Source of the DNA: Chiloscyllium plagiosum
Taxonomy: Eukaryota
DNA length: 44,189 bases
Direction: 5' to 3'
Assembly: GCF_004010195.1 (NCBI RefSeq)
Contig: NC_057756.1
Location: 5,135,852 to 5,180,040, forward strand
Position numbers and translations under genes: made by a program
The notes under the pieces: generated by a model
Told to the model about the DNA's origin: nothing
The model's database searches: none
Seen by the model: only the letters and a program-made list of their open reading frames with translations
Shown here: one piece after another, positions 24,448 to 37,789 of the stretch
How positions within the stretch are numbered: position 1 is the first letter of the stretch
Layout: the number at the start of each line of letters is the position of its first letter

Positions 24448-24839
24448 TTGGCGGGCTGAAGGGCCTGTTCCTGTGTTGGAATTTTCTTTGTTAGCTTTCT
24501 TTATTCTAATACTTCCAACTGGTTCCATAATCAAAGTACTGCAAATTACTGACAGACCTAATAGTTCCCATCATGAGGTGCCAAGAGTTAATAATACACA
24601 TTTTTACAGAAGTCTGCTAATTTGCATTTGAATGCTCACTGTATAAGATTACGAATGCATACACTGAAACCCACAATGCATGACAGGCGATCCCATTTCC
24701 ATCGACTCGTTTATTTAAGCTACCCATTATGTATTTCAGGTAAAGCACAATCGAGTTGCGTCTTGATTTAATGTCGTTTCCGAAGGTGTTTTGGATCAGG
24801 TGCCTCTCGGCATTTTGTACAACACAGAATGAATGTGTT

Positions 24840-26050
24840 GTCGCAAAGACATAAAAGGAAAAGGGAGGGCAACTGGTGAGGAGATCACTCAGAGGGATAT
24901 GGACAGATTAAACAAGTGGGAAGCAGCTTGGCTGATGGAATATAATGTGGGGAAATGTGAGGTAACGGGCTTTGGCAGGAAGAATAGAGGAGCTGACTAT
25001 TATTTAAAGAGAGAAAGCTTGCAGATAACCATGGAAGAAAGAGAGCCAGGAGTCCTTGCCCATGAAACATTAAAAGCAAGCATCCAAGTTTAACGAGTCA
25101 CAAGAAAGACAGATGGAATGTTGGCCTTTATTTCAAAGGGAATGGGGTAGAAATGGAGGGAGGTTTTGCTAAACCTATACACAGCATGAGTCAGACCACA
25201 GCTGGAATAATGTGGACAGTTTTGGGTCCCTTATCTGAAGACTGACAGTCCAGAGAAAGGTCACTCAGCTGATCCCAGGGACTGTCTTATGAGGGGAGGG
25301 TGAGTAGGTTGGGCCTGTAGTCATTGGACTTTACACGAGTGAGAGGTATACTCACAGAAGCATGCACGATTCTTCATGGGGCTTGGTAGGGTAGGTACTG
25401 ACGAGGTTGTTTCTCCTTGTGGGAGGGTCTCGGCCCAGAAGGTATCCTCTCAGAATAAGGAGTCTCACATTTAAGACACAAATGAGCAGCCATGATGTGG
25501 AGGTGCCAGTGTTGGACTGGGATGGACAAAGTAAAAAAATCATTTCCGATGAAGGGCTTTTGCCCGAAACGGCGATTTTCCTGCTCCTCGGATGCTGCCT
25601 GACCTGCTGTGCTTTTCCAGCACCGCTCTAATCTCAAGTTTAAAAATCACACAATGTCAGTTTATTGTTCAACAGGTTTATTGGGAAGCACTAGTTTTTA
25701 AGAACGCTGCTCCTTCATAACCACTTGGTGAAGGAGCGGTGCTCCAAAAGCTAGCGTTTCCAAATAAACCCGTTGAACTTTAACCTGGTGTTGTGTGATT
25801 TGTTTTAAAAGATGAGGAGGAATTTCCTCTCTTTGGAAGGTAGTCAAATCTGTGTAATTCCTGACCACAGAGGATGGTCAAGGCTGGGGCATTAAGTATA
25901 TTCACAGCTGAGTTGTCTTAATCAGTAAATGAACCAAGGGGTGATAGGACTGAGACAGTAAAGTGGACCTGGGGGTTAACAGGTCAGCCTTTGATAGCAC
26001 AGAACTAGATGGTCTGAATGAATTACATCTGCTCCCCTATCTTACTGTCT
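24840..26050 (+). mobile_element. Older CR1 LINE fragment split by PLE insertions
   Basis: QRDMDRLNKW...WLMEYNVGKCEV. Related old pieces at 60-660, 3500-3870 and 5060-5545. Confidence 0.75.
25498..25810. mobile_element. PLE-type family B inverted pair, interrupted by a family A copy (25541-25640)
   Basis: The arms aaaaatcacaca...tccttca and tgaaggagc...gtgttgtgtgattt are reverse complements. Confidence 0.6.
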
Positions 26051-29000
26051 CATGATAACAAACGTTCCTCAGTTTAAAAATAGCCTGCTAATTTTCAAAC
26101 GTGCTGAATAACCTGTATAAATTAAGGGAAAAAGACCTGTGTCTGGGCTGGATTGTCGGCTTTAATTTACAACTTCAGAGCCAAGCCTGTGGATATATTT
26201 ACCTTTCTCGCAAATAGTCTCAATTCTTTCCTCCTGAGTGCTTCCCCTGAGTCCATCGAAGCAAATAGATATATGACAAGGCAACTTACAATGGAAAGCA
26301 GCAAACAGGAGATGCAAAACAGTTTTGATTCTCAGGAGTGACTCTGTTCGGAATGATTCCTTCGGGAGCTTCCTGGTTTTCATGTCACCACACGATGTGA
26401 CAGCTGAGATCACCAGTGCTTGCAAAAATCGACATATTTTGATCTATTTTGAACTCATGTGAACTTCAGCCCCCTAGCCATTTACTTGAATATTTATCTA
26501 TCCGTTAACTTGTAAATATGGGGTAAAGCTACTGATCATCTTCCCTGAAAACAATTTTGCGATGCTATTTTAAAGCTCTATATTATTAAAATATATCTTT
26601 TCTCCAACGTACCAGTGTGCAGTGATTTTAGGAAAAAGCTCTCCTGAATGTTGTGAAGATGTGCCAGGATTTCTGTTCTTGCAACGATAATGCGTGCATT
26701 TACAGTTTTGTAAATCTGAAATCTGCATTTCTAAAGCTCCAGCAAACCAAGAGATTACATGATGAGTGGTCGGACCCTCGGACATACAGAGGACTTGGTG
26801 TGCATGTCACTTGAAAAGGCAGGAGGACACGTATAGGACATTGGTGAGGCCACTTTTGGAATACTGCATGCAAGGATGTTGCCAGGGTTGGAGGATTTGA
26901 GCGATTGGAAGAGGCTGACTAGGCTGGGGCTGTTTTCCCTGGAGGGGTGGTCTTATAGAGGTTTACAAAATCATGAGGGGGGGTGGATAGGATAACTAGA
27001 CAAAGTCTTTTCCCTGGGGTGGGGGGACCCAGAACTACAGAGCATAGGTTTAGGGTGAGGGGGGAAGGATTTAAGAGAGACCTAAGGGTTAATTTCTCCC
27101 ACACAGAGGGTGGTACGTGTGTGGATCGAGCTGCCAGAGGAAGTGGTGGAGGCTGGTACAATGACAACATTTGAAAGACATCTGGATGGGACATGAATGG
27201 GAAGGGTTTGGAGAGATATGGGCCGGGTGCTGGCAAATGGGACTAGGTTAATTTAAGATACCTGGTCAGCATGGGTAAGTTAGACCAAAGGGTCTGTACC
27301 CCTCTATGGCTCTATGAACAGCTTCTTTGCATGATGGCCCTAGTCTCTCAACCTCACCCCTGGCCTGAGTCATGGTAACTCTCCGCCAACCATCTGTCTC
27401 CAATGAGAGAGCAGCCGGATGGTCTGGTAAGACTGTGGCGACTTGGCTTGCTGTATCAATAACTGCAGAGACCATAGATCTGACCCTAATGCAGGAAGCC
27501 CTCAAGTTACTCAGCAGATCCAGCAGCCTCTGTGGAGAGAGAAATGGAGTTCATGTTTCAAGTCCCTTCTAGAGAACTGACAGTAGCTCAGGGAGAAAAG
27601 GAAAAGGCGGCATTGATTGCCGAAGATGGGGATGGGGAAGGGGAGGTGAGCGGATTGCTGGAAATGGAGCCCAAAGAGAGAGAGTGATGAAAGGGAAAGC
27701 CGGCCAATGTAGGTCTCCTGGCTCAAAGGTAGGGACATTATCACTGCCCGGCAAGAGCCCGAGCTCCCTTGGCAACTCTGTCTGCTCTCTTGAGTATGTC
27801 TTGCTCGTCCTATTAAGGGGCGATCATCTCGAACGCTGCAGTGCAGAAAGGGGGTGACAGTGAGGAAATGGCTGATTTCCTGAGAGCAGTCATTTCCGCA
27901 AGAGCTGATGTTCACCCACAGTGAAGTGAGCTTATTGGTGTATCTTCTTCAGCAATCCTTTAAGTTTAGGGGAACAGTTATGGTAACTGCTTTGAAAATT
28001 GCTGATCAGGCCAGCAATTCAACAAAACAGCTCAACCAGCTGTCTTTTATTCAGCAACATATGGCTCACATACATTTGATGGGATAGATTGAAAAATCTA
28101 TGGATTTTTTTTTGTGTGGGACTAGTGGCATGTGTATGGAATGAGCTGGCAGTGGTGGAAGCTGGTACAATTGTAACATTTAAAAGGCATCTGGATGGGC
28201 ATATGAATAAGAAGGGTTTGGAGGGATATGGGCCGGGGGCTGGCAGGTGCAACTGAATCGGGTTGGGATATCTGGTCAGCATGGACAAGTTGGACCGAAG
28301 GGTCTGTTTCCGTGCTGTACATCTCTATGACTCTAGTGATGGTCCTGGTATATTTCAGGTAGTGCAGAATTGACGGGCTATTTTGTGATGTCCTTGAAAT
28401 CCATAGAGTCATAGAAAGGTATATCAGTCCAACTCGTCCATGCCGGCCTGATGAGCCCGAAAAGTCGATTTTACTGCTCCTTGGATGCTGCTTGAACTGC
28501 TGTGCTCTTCCAGCACCACTAATCCAAAATCTGGTTTCCAGAATTTGCAGTCATTGTTTTTACCGACCAGATATCCTAACCTAATCTAGTCCCATTTGCC
28601 AGCACCCGGCCCATATCCCTCCAAACCCTTCCCATTCATATACCCATCCAGATGCCTTTTAAATGCTGTCATTGTACCAGCCTCCACCACTTCCTCCGGC
28701 AGCTCATTCCACACACGTAGCACCCTCTGTGTGAAAAAGTTGCCCCTCGGCTCCCTTTTAAATATTTCCCCTCTCACCCTAAACCTATGCCCTCTAGTTC
28801 GGGACTCCCCCACCCCAGGGAAAAGACCCTGTCCGATCACCCTTGTAAACGATAAACCTCTGTCGGGTCACCCCTCAGCCTCCAACACATCTCTTTTGGA
28901 AAATCAGAAGCAAAATTGATCTGAAACGGAGGAAGTCTCCTGTTGTTGTTCAGATGGAGAGATAAAGAGATAAAGTTTTACTGGAATTCCTCTCAACTGA

Positions 29001-29371
29001 ATGATCGTTGTGTGCACGCGTTTTTAGTTAAAATTGCACAAAATTGTCTTTAATTTAAATTTGGAGACCGTGACCGATACAGGTCTCTTTTATTTCAACT
29101 TCTATGTGCTATTATCTCACCCAGTCCCTGTGACAAGTTAATGGTTACGTACTGAAGTAGCGAAAACAAACTCGGAGAGACGTCAATCAACTGCAAATTA
29201 TTTGAATCCAGCATCTATTGGTCAATTAGATTAAAATGATGGATCAAGCATAATCATAAAGAAATGCTTACAAAGCTAGAAACATCGAAAATAGACTCAG
29301 GAGGAGGCCATTCAGCCCCTCGAGTCTGCTTCCCCATTCCATCTGACCAAAGGAAGATCATCTCATTCAGC

Positions 29372-29580
29372 AGGAGAAAGTGAGGTCTGCAGATGCTGGA
29401 GATCAGAGCTGGAAATGTGTTGCTGGAAAAGCGCAGCAGGTCAGGCAGCATCCAGGGAACAGGAGAATCGACGTTTCGGGCATTCCTGAAGAAGGGCTTA
29501 TGCCCGAAACGTCGATTCTCCTGTTCCCTGGATGCTGCCTGACCTGCTGCGCTTTTCCAGCAACCCATTTCCAGCATCTC
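29372..29580. mobile_element. Palindromic PLE family A insertion
   Basis: tgttgctggaaaagcgcagcagg...gacgtttcgggca is followed by its reverse complement. catctcattcagcagg is duplicated at the flanks (~29359 and ~29575). Confidence 0.7.
29482..29517 (+). ncRNA. Minimal hammerhead ribozyme motif (PLE family A) in a palindromic insertion
   Basis: attc-CTGAAGA-a-GGGC-ttat-GCCC-GAAAC-GTC-gatt, the same core as at 24353. Confidence 0.6.
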
Positions 29581-29939
29581 ATTCAGCAGGCTGTTCTTAT
29601 ATTTGTCCCATAACATTAGATCTCTTTAGGCCTATGTTGAACTCTTTCTTGAAGACATTCAATGTTTAGGTTTCAACCATTAGAGAATTCTACAGGCTCA
29701 CCACTCAATGGGTGAAGACGTTTGTCATTGTCTCAGTCTCCTACCTCTGCAACCCGAGACTGTAACCTCTGCTACTAGAGCACCCATCCTGCCTTTACAC
29801 TGTCTAGTCCTGTTAAACATTTTATAGGTTTCTATAAGAGCACCCCCAAACTCATTCCTTAATTCCAATGAGTATAATCCTAACAAATCCAATCTCTCCA
29901 TCAAGGATGGAAACTAATTTTAACACTTATATTCAGTAT

Positions 29940-30738
29940 TTGGAGGTGTCGGTGTTAAAAAGCACACAACACCAGGTTATAGTCTGACAGGTTTAGATTT
30001 AGATTCAGTTCAATTTAGAACAGAAATAAGGAGACATTTCTTCAGCCAGAGAGTAGTGGGCCTGTGGAACTCATTGCCACGGAGCGCAGTGGAGGCCGGG
30101 ACGTGAAATGTTTAGATTGATAAATTCTTGGCCTCGCAAGGAATTAAGGGATAGGGGGAGAGTGCGAGTAAGTGGTGTTGAAATGCCCATCAGCCATGAT
30201 TAAATGGCGGAGTGAACCCGATGGGCCGAATGGCCTTACTTCCACTCCAATGTCTTATGGTCTTATGATCTTATGGCTTTAGGTTTATTTAGGAGCACTA
30301 GCTATTGGAGCGCTGCACCTTCATCAGGTGCGGCACGGTGGCTTAGTGGTTAGCACTGCTGCCTCACAGCGCCAGGGACCCCGGTTCAATTCCTGCCTCG
30401 GGCAACTGCCTGTGTGGAGTTTGCACATTCTCTCTGTGTCTGCGTGGGTTTCCTCTGGGTGCTCCGGTTTCCTCCCAAAGTCCAAAGATGCGCAGGTCAG
30501 GGTGAATTGACCATGGTAAATTGCCTGTAGTGTTAGGTGCATTAGTCAGGGGTAAATGTAGGGGAATGGGTCTGGGTGTGTTGTTGTTCGGAGGGTCGGT
30601 GTGGACCTGTTGGGCCGAAGGGCCTGTTCCCACGCTATAGGGAATCTAATGTATACTCCACCACCACCTGATGAAGGAGCAGTGTTCCCAAATAAACCTG
30701 TTGGACTATAACCTGGTGTTGTGTGATTTTTAACTTTA
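29940..30738. mobile_element. PLE-type family B inverted pair split by a CR1 3' end (30015-30275) and a full HE1 SINE (30328-30650)
   Basis: Left arm pieces at 29940-29995 and 30278-30330. Right arm cacctgatgaaggagcag...ataacctggtgttgtgtgatttttaacttt at 30665-30737. Confidence 0.6.
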
Positions 30739-31529
30739 TATTCACCATGGTTTTCATAAATGCCAAATCACCAGTCTGCTAGCTTAGATGCCGGTTTTTC
30801 CAACAGCGTGGATGCAAATCCCGGACTGGCTGAGTTTACCACGAAGGACTCTCTCCTCAACCTCTCCCATTTCCTGGACTCTCAGGTTAAACCACCAACA
30901 ATCACCTCTCTAATGATAAAGCAATCTGATGAGGCCTTTGTGCTTTTATTATGTGACAGTACAGGCCTTTCAGAGTGCATTATAACGACAACAAAAACTA
31001 CTCGATTCGTGTAAACAGACAGTAATTTCCCTTTCCAATTAACAAAACAGAACTCTTCAGATTGTTTACCGCAAAATAGATGCGGCTTTTATCTGGAAAC
31101 AATGGGAAAAGTCACACAATGTCCACAAAGATGACCTTGTAAATGATACCTGGCACCATTGCAGGCTGCTGTTTGCTACATTTGTTTAAGAGCTTGGAAG
31201 ACAGATCGCTGTATGATCCATTACCAGCCCAGTCCATGGTGGGGACACTACAGTCACCCATTGTTCTCTCCGTCTCACATTGACGCAATGCTACTGAGCA
31301 ACCTATATCCAAGCCAGGGCATGGATATTGGCAGCCAAGCCACTGTAAAACCCGGCCCCCGCAAGCCTCAGAAACAAAAATCACTGAATAGTAAGAGAGC
31401 ATCCAATACTTCAATCCAATCCTGAACAATTCAACTTCTATTCTTTTGCCACTTCCTGGAGTAAAATAGCTGTTACAATCCAGTCAGATTGACACTCATA
31501 TGTGATCCATTATCGGGATTTCCATTTTT

Positions 31530-31995
31530 GGGGAAGAAAAGTCATACAGGACTCGAAATTCCTGATTCCTGATAAAGGGCTTTTGCCCGAAACGTCGATT
31601 TTCCCGCTCCTCGGATGCTGCCTGACCTGCTGTGCTTTTCCAGCACCACTCTAATCTAGACTCTGGTTTCCAGTATCTGCAGTCCTTGTTTTTGCCCAGG
31701 ACTCGATATGTTAACTCTGTTTCTCTCTTCGCGGATGCTGCCAGACCTGCTGAGTTTCTCAATCATTCTCCGGTTTGTTGAGATTTCCAGCATCCACAAC
31801 ATTTCGTGCCTTAATCTGTTTTTGTTACCTTGACTTTTCTTGATTTGGGGTGTTGGACTGGTGTGAACAAAGTTAAAAATCCACACACCAGGTTATAGTC
31901 CGACAGGTACAATTGGAAGCGCTAGCTTTCAGAACGCTGCTCCTTCATGGAACCTGTCGGACTATAACCTGGTGTTGTGTGGATTTTTAACTTTG
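31530..31995. mobile_element. Cluster of PLE-type fragments: family D with inserted family A (31560-31700), then a family B inverted pair (31845-31995)
   Basis: Same motifs as the other copies. The family B arms are near-exact reverse complements. Confidence 0.6.
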
Positions 31996-34900
31996 ACTTT
32001 TCTTGCTGCCTTCTCTTTCCCTGCTTATGTTTTGCATAAAAGTTTTGTCAGGACACTTTGACACTGTCCTGAACTGGGGGAGAGAAAGGTAATAGGTTCT
32101 GATGCAGAGTCACTGTTAACTCTGCTTTCCTCTCTACAGATGTTCACAGCTTTGGGTACAGGAGTTGGGAGGTCATGTTGCCACTGTACAGGACATTGGT
32201 TAGATCACTTTTGGAATATAGTATGCAATTCTAGTCTTCCTGCTATAGAAAGGAAGGGTACAGTAAAGATTTACAAGGATGTTGCCAGGGTTGGAGGATT
32301 TGAGCTCTAGGGAGGGGCTGAACAGACTGGGACTGTTTTCCCTGGAGCATCGGAGGCTGTGGGGTGGCCTTCTAGAAGATTATAAAATCATGAGGGGCAT
32401 GGATAGGATAAATAGACAAGGTCTTTTCCCTGGGTGGGGGAGTCCAGAACTAGAGGGCATTGGTTTAAAAGGGACCTAAGAGGCAATTTTTTCACACAGA
32501 GGGTGGTGCGTGTATGGAATGAGCTGCCAGAGGAAGTGGTGGAGGCTGGTTCAATGACAACATTTAAAAGGCATCTGGATGGGTATGTGAATAGGAAGGT
32601 TTGAGAGGGATATAGGCAAAGTGCTAGCAACTGGGTCGAGATTAGTTTAGGCTATCTGGTGGGCATAGATGTGTTGGACCGAAGGGTCTGTTTCTGTGCT
32701 GAACATCTCTATAACTCTATGACTCATAGAACATAGAACATAGGATGGTACAGCACAGTAAAGACCCTTCGGCCCTTGATGTTGCGCCGGCCTTCTATCC
32801 TACTCTAAGATCAGACTAACCTGCATACCCTTCATTGCACTATCATCCATGTGCCTATCCATGAGTTGCTTAAATGTTCCTAATGTCTCTGACTCTGCTA
32901 CCACTGCTGGGCCGTGCATTCCACACACCCACCACTGTCTGTGTTAAGAACCTACCTCTGACATCTCCCCCAAACCTTAACATTATGTTCCTCCTTGATA
33001 GCCATTTCTGCCCTGGGAAGAAAGGTCTCTGGCTATCCACTCTATCTGTGCCTCTCATCATCTTGTCCACCTCTAAAGCGTCACCTCTCATCCTTCTTCA
33101 CTCCAATGAGAAAAGCCCTAGCTCCCTCAACCTTTCCTTCAATAGACATGCCCCCCCCAGTCCAGGCAGCAGCCTGGGAAATCTCCTCTGTACCCTCTCA
33201 AAAGCTTCCACACCCTTCCTATGATGAGGCGACCAGAACTGAACATTCAATGAGATGCTGCCAAACCTGCTGAGTTTCTCCAGCAGCTTCTGCTTCAGAT
33301 CTTCAGCATCCACAGTGCTTTGGTTTCTTGACGTAACCGCTCTGTTGGCCTTCACAGTGAGAGGATTCGAGGACAGGAGCAGGGACATTATGCTGCCCTT
33401 GTGCAGAGCCATAGTGAGACTGCACCTGGTGTGCTATGCTCAGCTTTGGTTTCCTTATCTAAAGAAGGACAGAAACGTGGAATTCAGTCCTCTTGGGCCT
33501 GCTCTGTCATTCAACATGATCTTAGCTGATCATCGAACTTAATATTAAGGACAGCATGGTGGCTCAATGCTTAGTCCTCTCCCTCACAGCACCAGGGACC
33601 CAGGTTCGATTCCAACCTTGGATGATGGTCTCTGTAGAGTTTGCACATTCTCTGTGTGGGTTTCCCCAGAGTCCCAAGATGTGCAGGTTATGGTGGATTG
33701 GCTGTGCTAAGTTACCCATAATGTCCCAGGGTAACAAAGAACAAAGAGAATTTACAGCCCAGGAACAGGCTCTTCGGCCCTCCAAGCCTGAGCCGATCCA
33801 AATGTACTGTCGAAACCTGTCGCTCAATTCCTAAGCATCAGTATCCCTCTGCTCCCCACCTACTCATGTATCTGTCCAGACGCATCTTAAATGAATCTAC
33901 CGTGCCTGCCTCTACCACCTCTGCTGGCAACGCGTTCCAGACGCCTACCACCCTCTGTGTGAAGTACTTACCACGTGTATCCCCCTTAAACATTCCACCT
34001 CTCACCTTGAAAACATGACCTCTCCTTATTGAATCCTTCACCCTGGGAAAAAAATTATCTCTATCCACCCTGTCTGTACCCTTCACGATTTTGTAAACCT
34101 CAATCAGTTCCCCCCCTCAATCTCCTTTTTTCTAGTGAAAATAAACCTAACCTACTCAACCTCTCCTCATAGCTCACACCTTCCATACCATTGTGCAGCG
34201 AGATGGGTTAGCTGTGGGGCATGTTGACTTATAGGGATAGCTTAGGAGAATGGCTCTTCGGAAGGAGGGGTTGGACCCAATAGGCCGAGTGCTTCTGAAC
34301 TATTAGAATTCTAAGGATAGCCTAATCCTGCCCTTCTCCCTGTCCCTTCAGTCACAAGAGCTATCTCCATGGATGGATGTTGTGGCTCTGGAGGGAGAAC
34401 AGCAAAGACATGCCAGACCTGATTCCTGGAATGGCAAGGCTGACCTATGAAGAGAGACAGGGTTGGTTTCCATATCCAACCAAATTCAGAAGAATGAAAG
34501 GTGTATAGAGCCATATGGCACGCAAACAGACCCTTCGGTCCAACTCGGCCATGCTGACCAAGGTTCCTAAACTATACTCGTCTCATTTGCCTGCGTTTGG
34601 CCATATCCCTCAAAACCCTTCCCAGTTACGTACCTGTCCAAGTGTCTTTTAAATGTTCTAACTGTACCACATCTCCCATTTCTTCTGAAAGGCCATTCCA
34701 CTCGTGACCCAACTCTGTGAAACAATTGCGCTTTTTATGTTCCTTTCAAATCTTTCTTCTCTCACCTTAAAACAACAAGCCCCCCCCCTCCATCCCAGGG
34801 AAAAGACTTTTGCTATTCACCTTATCTGTGTCTCTTTATAACCTCTATAAAGGCAACCCCTCAGGTGCCTATGGTCCAGAGAAAAAAGCCCCAGTCTATC

Positions 34901-35059
34901 CAACCTCTGCCTGTAACTTAAACTCTCCAGTCTCAGAAACACCCTGGTAAATCTCATGTAATAATATGCACGGAAACTTATAAAATTCTACCCAATAAAC
35001 CCAATAAGGATATTCCCAATGACCAGGTAGTCCAGAACCAGGTGGAGGTCACATTCTAA

Positions 35060-35745
35060 GGATATGAAGGAGAGGAGAACTGTGTAACAAAGAGACCTTG
35101 GAGTCGCAGGTAGATAGGATAGTGAAGAAGGCGTTTGGTATGCTTTCCTTTATTGGTCAGAGTATTGAGTACAGGAGTTGGGAGGTCATGTTGAGGCTGT
35201 ACAGGACATTGGTTCGGCCACTGTTGGAATATTGTGTGCAATTCTGGTCTCCTTCCTATCGGAAAGATGTTGCGAAATATGAAAGGGTTCAGAAAAGATG
35301 GGCAAGGATGTTGCCAGGGGTTGGAGGGTTTGAGCTACAGGGAGAGGTGGAATTGGCTGGAGTGTTGGAGGCTATGGTTTATAAAGGTTTATAAAATCAT
35401 GAGGGGCATGGATAGGGTAAATTGGCAAGCTCTTTTCTCTGGGGTGAGATGAGTCCAGAACTACAGGGCATAGGTTTAAGGTGAGAGAGGAAAGATTTTA
35501 AAGGGGAACTAAGGGGCAACTTTTCACACAGAGGGTGGTACGTGTATGGAATAAGCTGCCAGAGGAAGTGATGGAGGCTGGTACAATGACAACATTTAAA
35601 AGGCATTTGGATGGGTGTATGAATAGGAAGGGTTTAGAGGGATATGGGCCAAATGGGAACAGATTAATTTAGGATATGTGGTCGGTACAGACGAGTTGGA
35701 CTGAAGGGTCAGTTTCCATGCTGTACGTCTCTATAACTCTCTGAC
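35060..35745 (+). mobile_element. CR1 LINE 3' fragment
   Basis: LYRTLVRPLLEYCVQFWSP. Further plus-strand copies at 23310-23650, 26785-27318, 28125-28335 and 32145-32725. Confidence 0.9.
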
Positions 35746-35982
35746 CCAGAGAGGGGTGGATCGGTGGAATTCTCTGTCACTGAAAATGAATGAGGCTAAA
35801 ACGTTTCCAAGAAGGAGTCAGAGGTAGTTGTAAATATAACCAGAGATACCATGGAAGTACAGAAACATTAGAAATAGGAACAGGAGGAGGCCATTTACCA
35901 ATTCAATATCATCATGGCTGTTCATCCAACTCACTCCCCCTGTTCCCACTTTTGTCCTATACCCTTTGATCGCTTCAGCCCT

Positions 35983-36756
35983 AGGGCAGCAAGTTGGCTC
36001 AGTGGTTAGCCCTGCTGCCTCACAGGGCCAGAGGAGTTTGCACGTTCTCCCCATGGAGGCACAGGTTTCCCTCGGATGCTGTGGTTTCTTTCTGCAGTCC
36101 AAATATGTGCAGGTTAGGGTGGATTGGCCATGATATATTGTCCCATAGTGCTCAGGGATGTGCAGGTTAGGGTGGATTGGCCATGCTATATTGTCCCATA
36201 GTGCTCAGGGATGTGCAGGTTAGGGTGGATTGGCCATGCTATATTGTCCCATAGTGCTCAGGGATGTGCAGGTTAGGGTGGATTGGCCGTGCTAAATTGT
36301 CCCATAGTGTCCAGGGATGTGAGGGTTAGGGTGAATTGGCCATGCTAAATTGTCCCATAGTGTCCAGGGATGTGCAGGTTAGGGTGGATTGGCCGTGCTA
36401 TATTGTCCCATAGTGCTCAGGGATGTGCAGGTTAGGGTGGATTGGCCAAGCTAAATTGTCCCATAGTGCCCAGGGATGTGCAGGTTAGGGTGGATTGGCC
36501 ATGCTAAATTGTCCCATAGTGTCCAGGGATATGCAGGTTAGGGTGGATTGGCCATGCTAAATTGTCCTTTCGTGCACAGGGATGTGCAGGTTAGGGTGGA
36601 TTGCCCATGCTAAATTGTCCCACAGTGTTCAGGGATGTGCAGGTTGGGTGCATCATTCAAGAGAAATGTAGGGGAATGGGTGGGTTACTCTTCAGAGGGT
36701 CAGTGTGGACTTGTTGGGCCAAATGACCTGTTTCCACACTGTAGGCATTCTATGAA
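35983..36756 (+). mobile_element. HE1 SINE with internal 53-bp tandem array (~36105-36645, about 10 units)
   Basis: Degenerate head, repeated unit and SINE tail. Confidence 0.9.
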
Positions 36757-36944
36757 CTAAATCCAACACCTTCTTGAAAGCAGACAATACTCCAGTCTCA
36801 TTAGAATCAGTCAATTCAACCACTTTCTGTGGGACAGAATTCCACTGACTGACTAGGGATAGTGATCTAATATAACCTCAATGTTTGGAAAATGCATGTG
36901 GGTAAGTTTTATGAATAAACTCCAGTCTGATGAATGAATTTGAA

Positions 36945-37285
36945 AGGAGAAGTCGCATTTATGTAGCACCTTTCACAACCCCCGTTTGCACTCTCGCAGC
37001 GCTTTTGTAACTGAAGAAACTCAAGAGCGTGTCAATGACCTGATGATACGTTTTAATGAGGTTGATTGAAGGATAAATATTGGCCAATAGAGCAAACCGA
37101 ATTCCCTTGCATTGTTCGAAATGGTGCCATGAGACTTTTAACAGCCCTCAAGAGAGCACATGTGTCCTCGCTTTGACATCTCATCCAACAGACAGAGCTT
37201 CCAACGGTGGAACGTAGTCACATTAGCGGTCCAGTGGAGCGCGACTTGAAATTTCTGGCTCAGAACTCAGCCAACAGCTGACATC
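36945..37285 (-). mobile_element. Old DeuSINE-like (SacSINE1/AmnSINE1-related) remnant; second copy at ~39100-39340
   Basis: Recognised motifs gcatttatgtagcacctttcacaacc, ggataaatattggcca, gtgccatgagacttttaac and catctcatccaacagac (family assignment from recall). Confidence 0.6.
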
Positions 37286-37789
37286 CATCTGAATGAACAT
37301 TGCGACTTCCTGATGCTCAGATATTTCGAGCTGCTTGCTCGACCTTAATTCTCTGAAAGGAACAAGGGAGACCTTCACACCGTGACAGAAATAACTTCCG
37401 AAAACATTAGCAGGTCCGGCTGGATCCGTGGAGAGAGAGAGAAAGCAGACTTGGCGTGCCGTTCTGAAGAGGGGTCACTGGACACAAAATGTCGAACGCT
37501 GTTCTTCTCCCTCCACGCGGACGCTGCCAGACCTGCTGAGTTTCTCCAGCAATGTCTGAATTTGTTTGTTTCAGAGTCCCAGCCTCTGCAGGTCATTGCT
37601 TGGGTCCTGGTGGCACGGTGGGTCAGTGGTTAGCACTGCTGCCTCACAGCGCCAGGGACCCAGGTTCGATTCCAGCCTCAGGCGACTGTCTGTGTAGCGT
37701 TCGCACGTTATGTTGGCATGGGTTTTCCCTGGTTTCCTCCCACAATCCGAAAACGTGCAGGTTAGGAGAATTTGCCTGACTAAATTGCC

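Noticed and set aside
24620..24627. Octamer ATTTGCAT (Ig/snRNA promoter motif)
   Set aside because: About one hit is expected by chance in 44 kb, and no leader/V exon or snRNA lies nearby.
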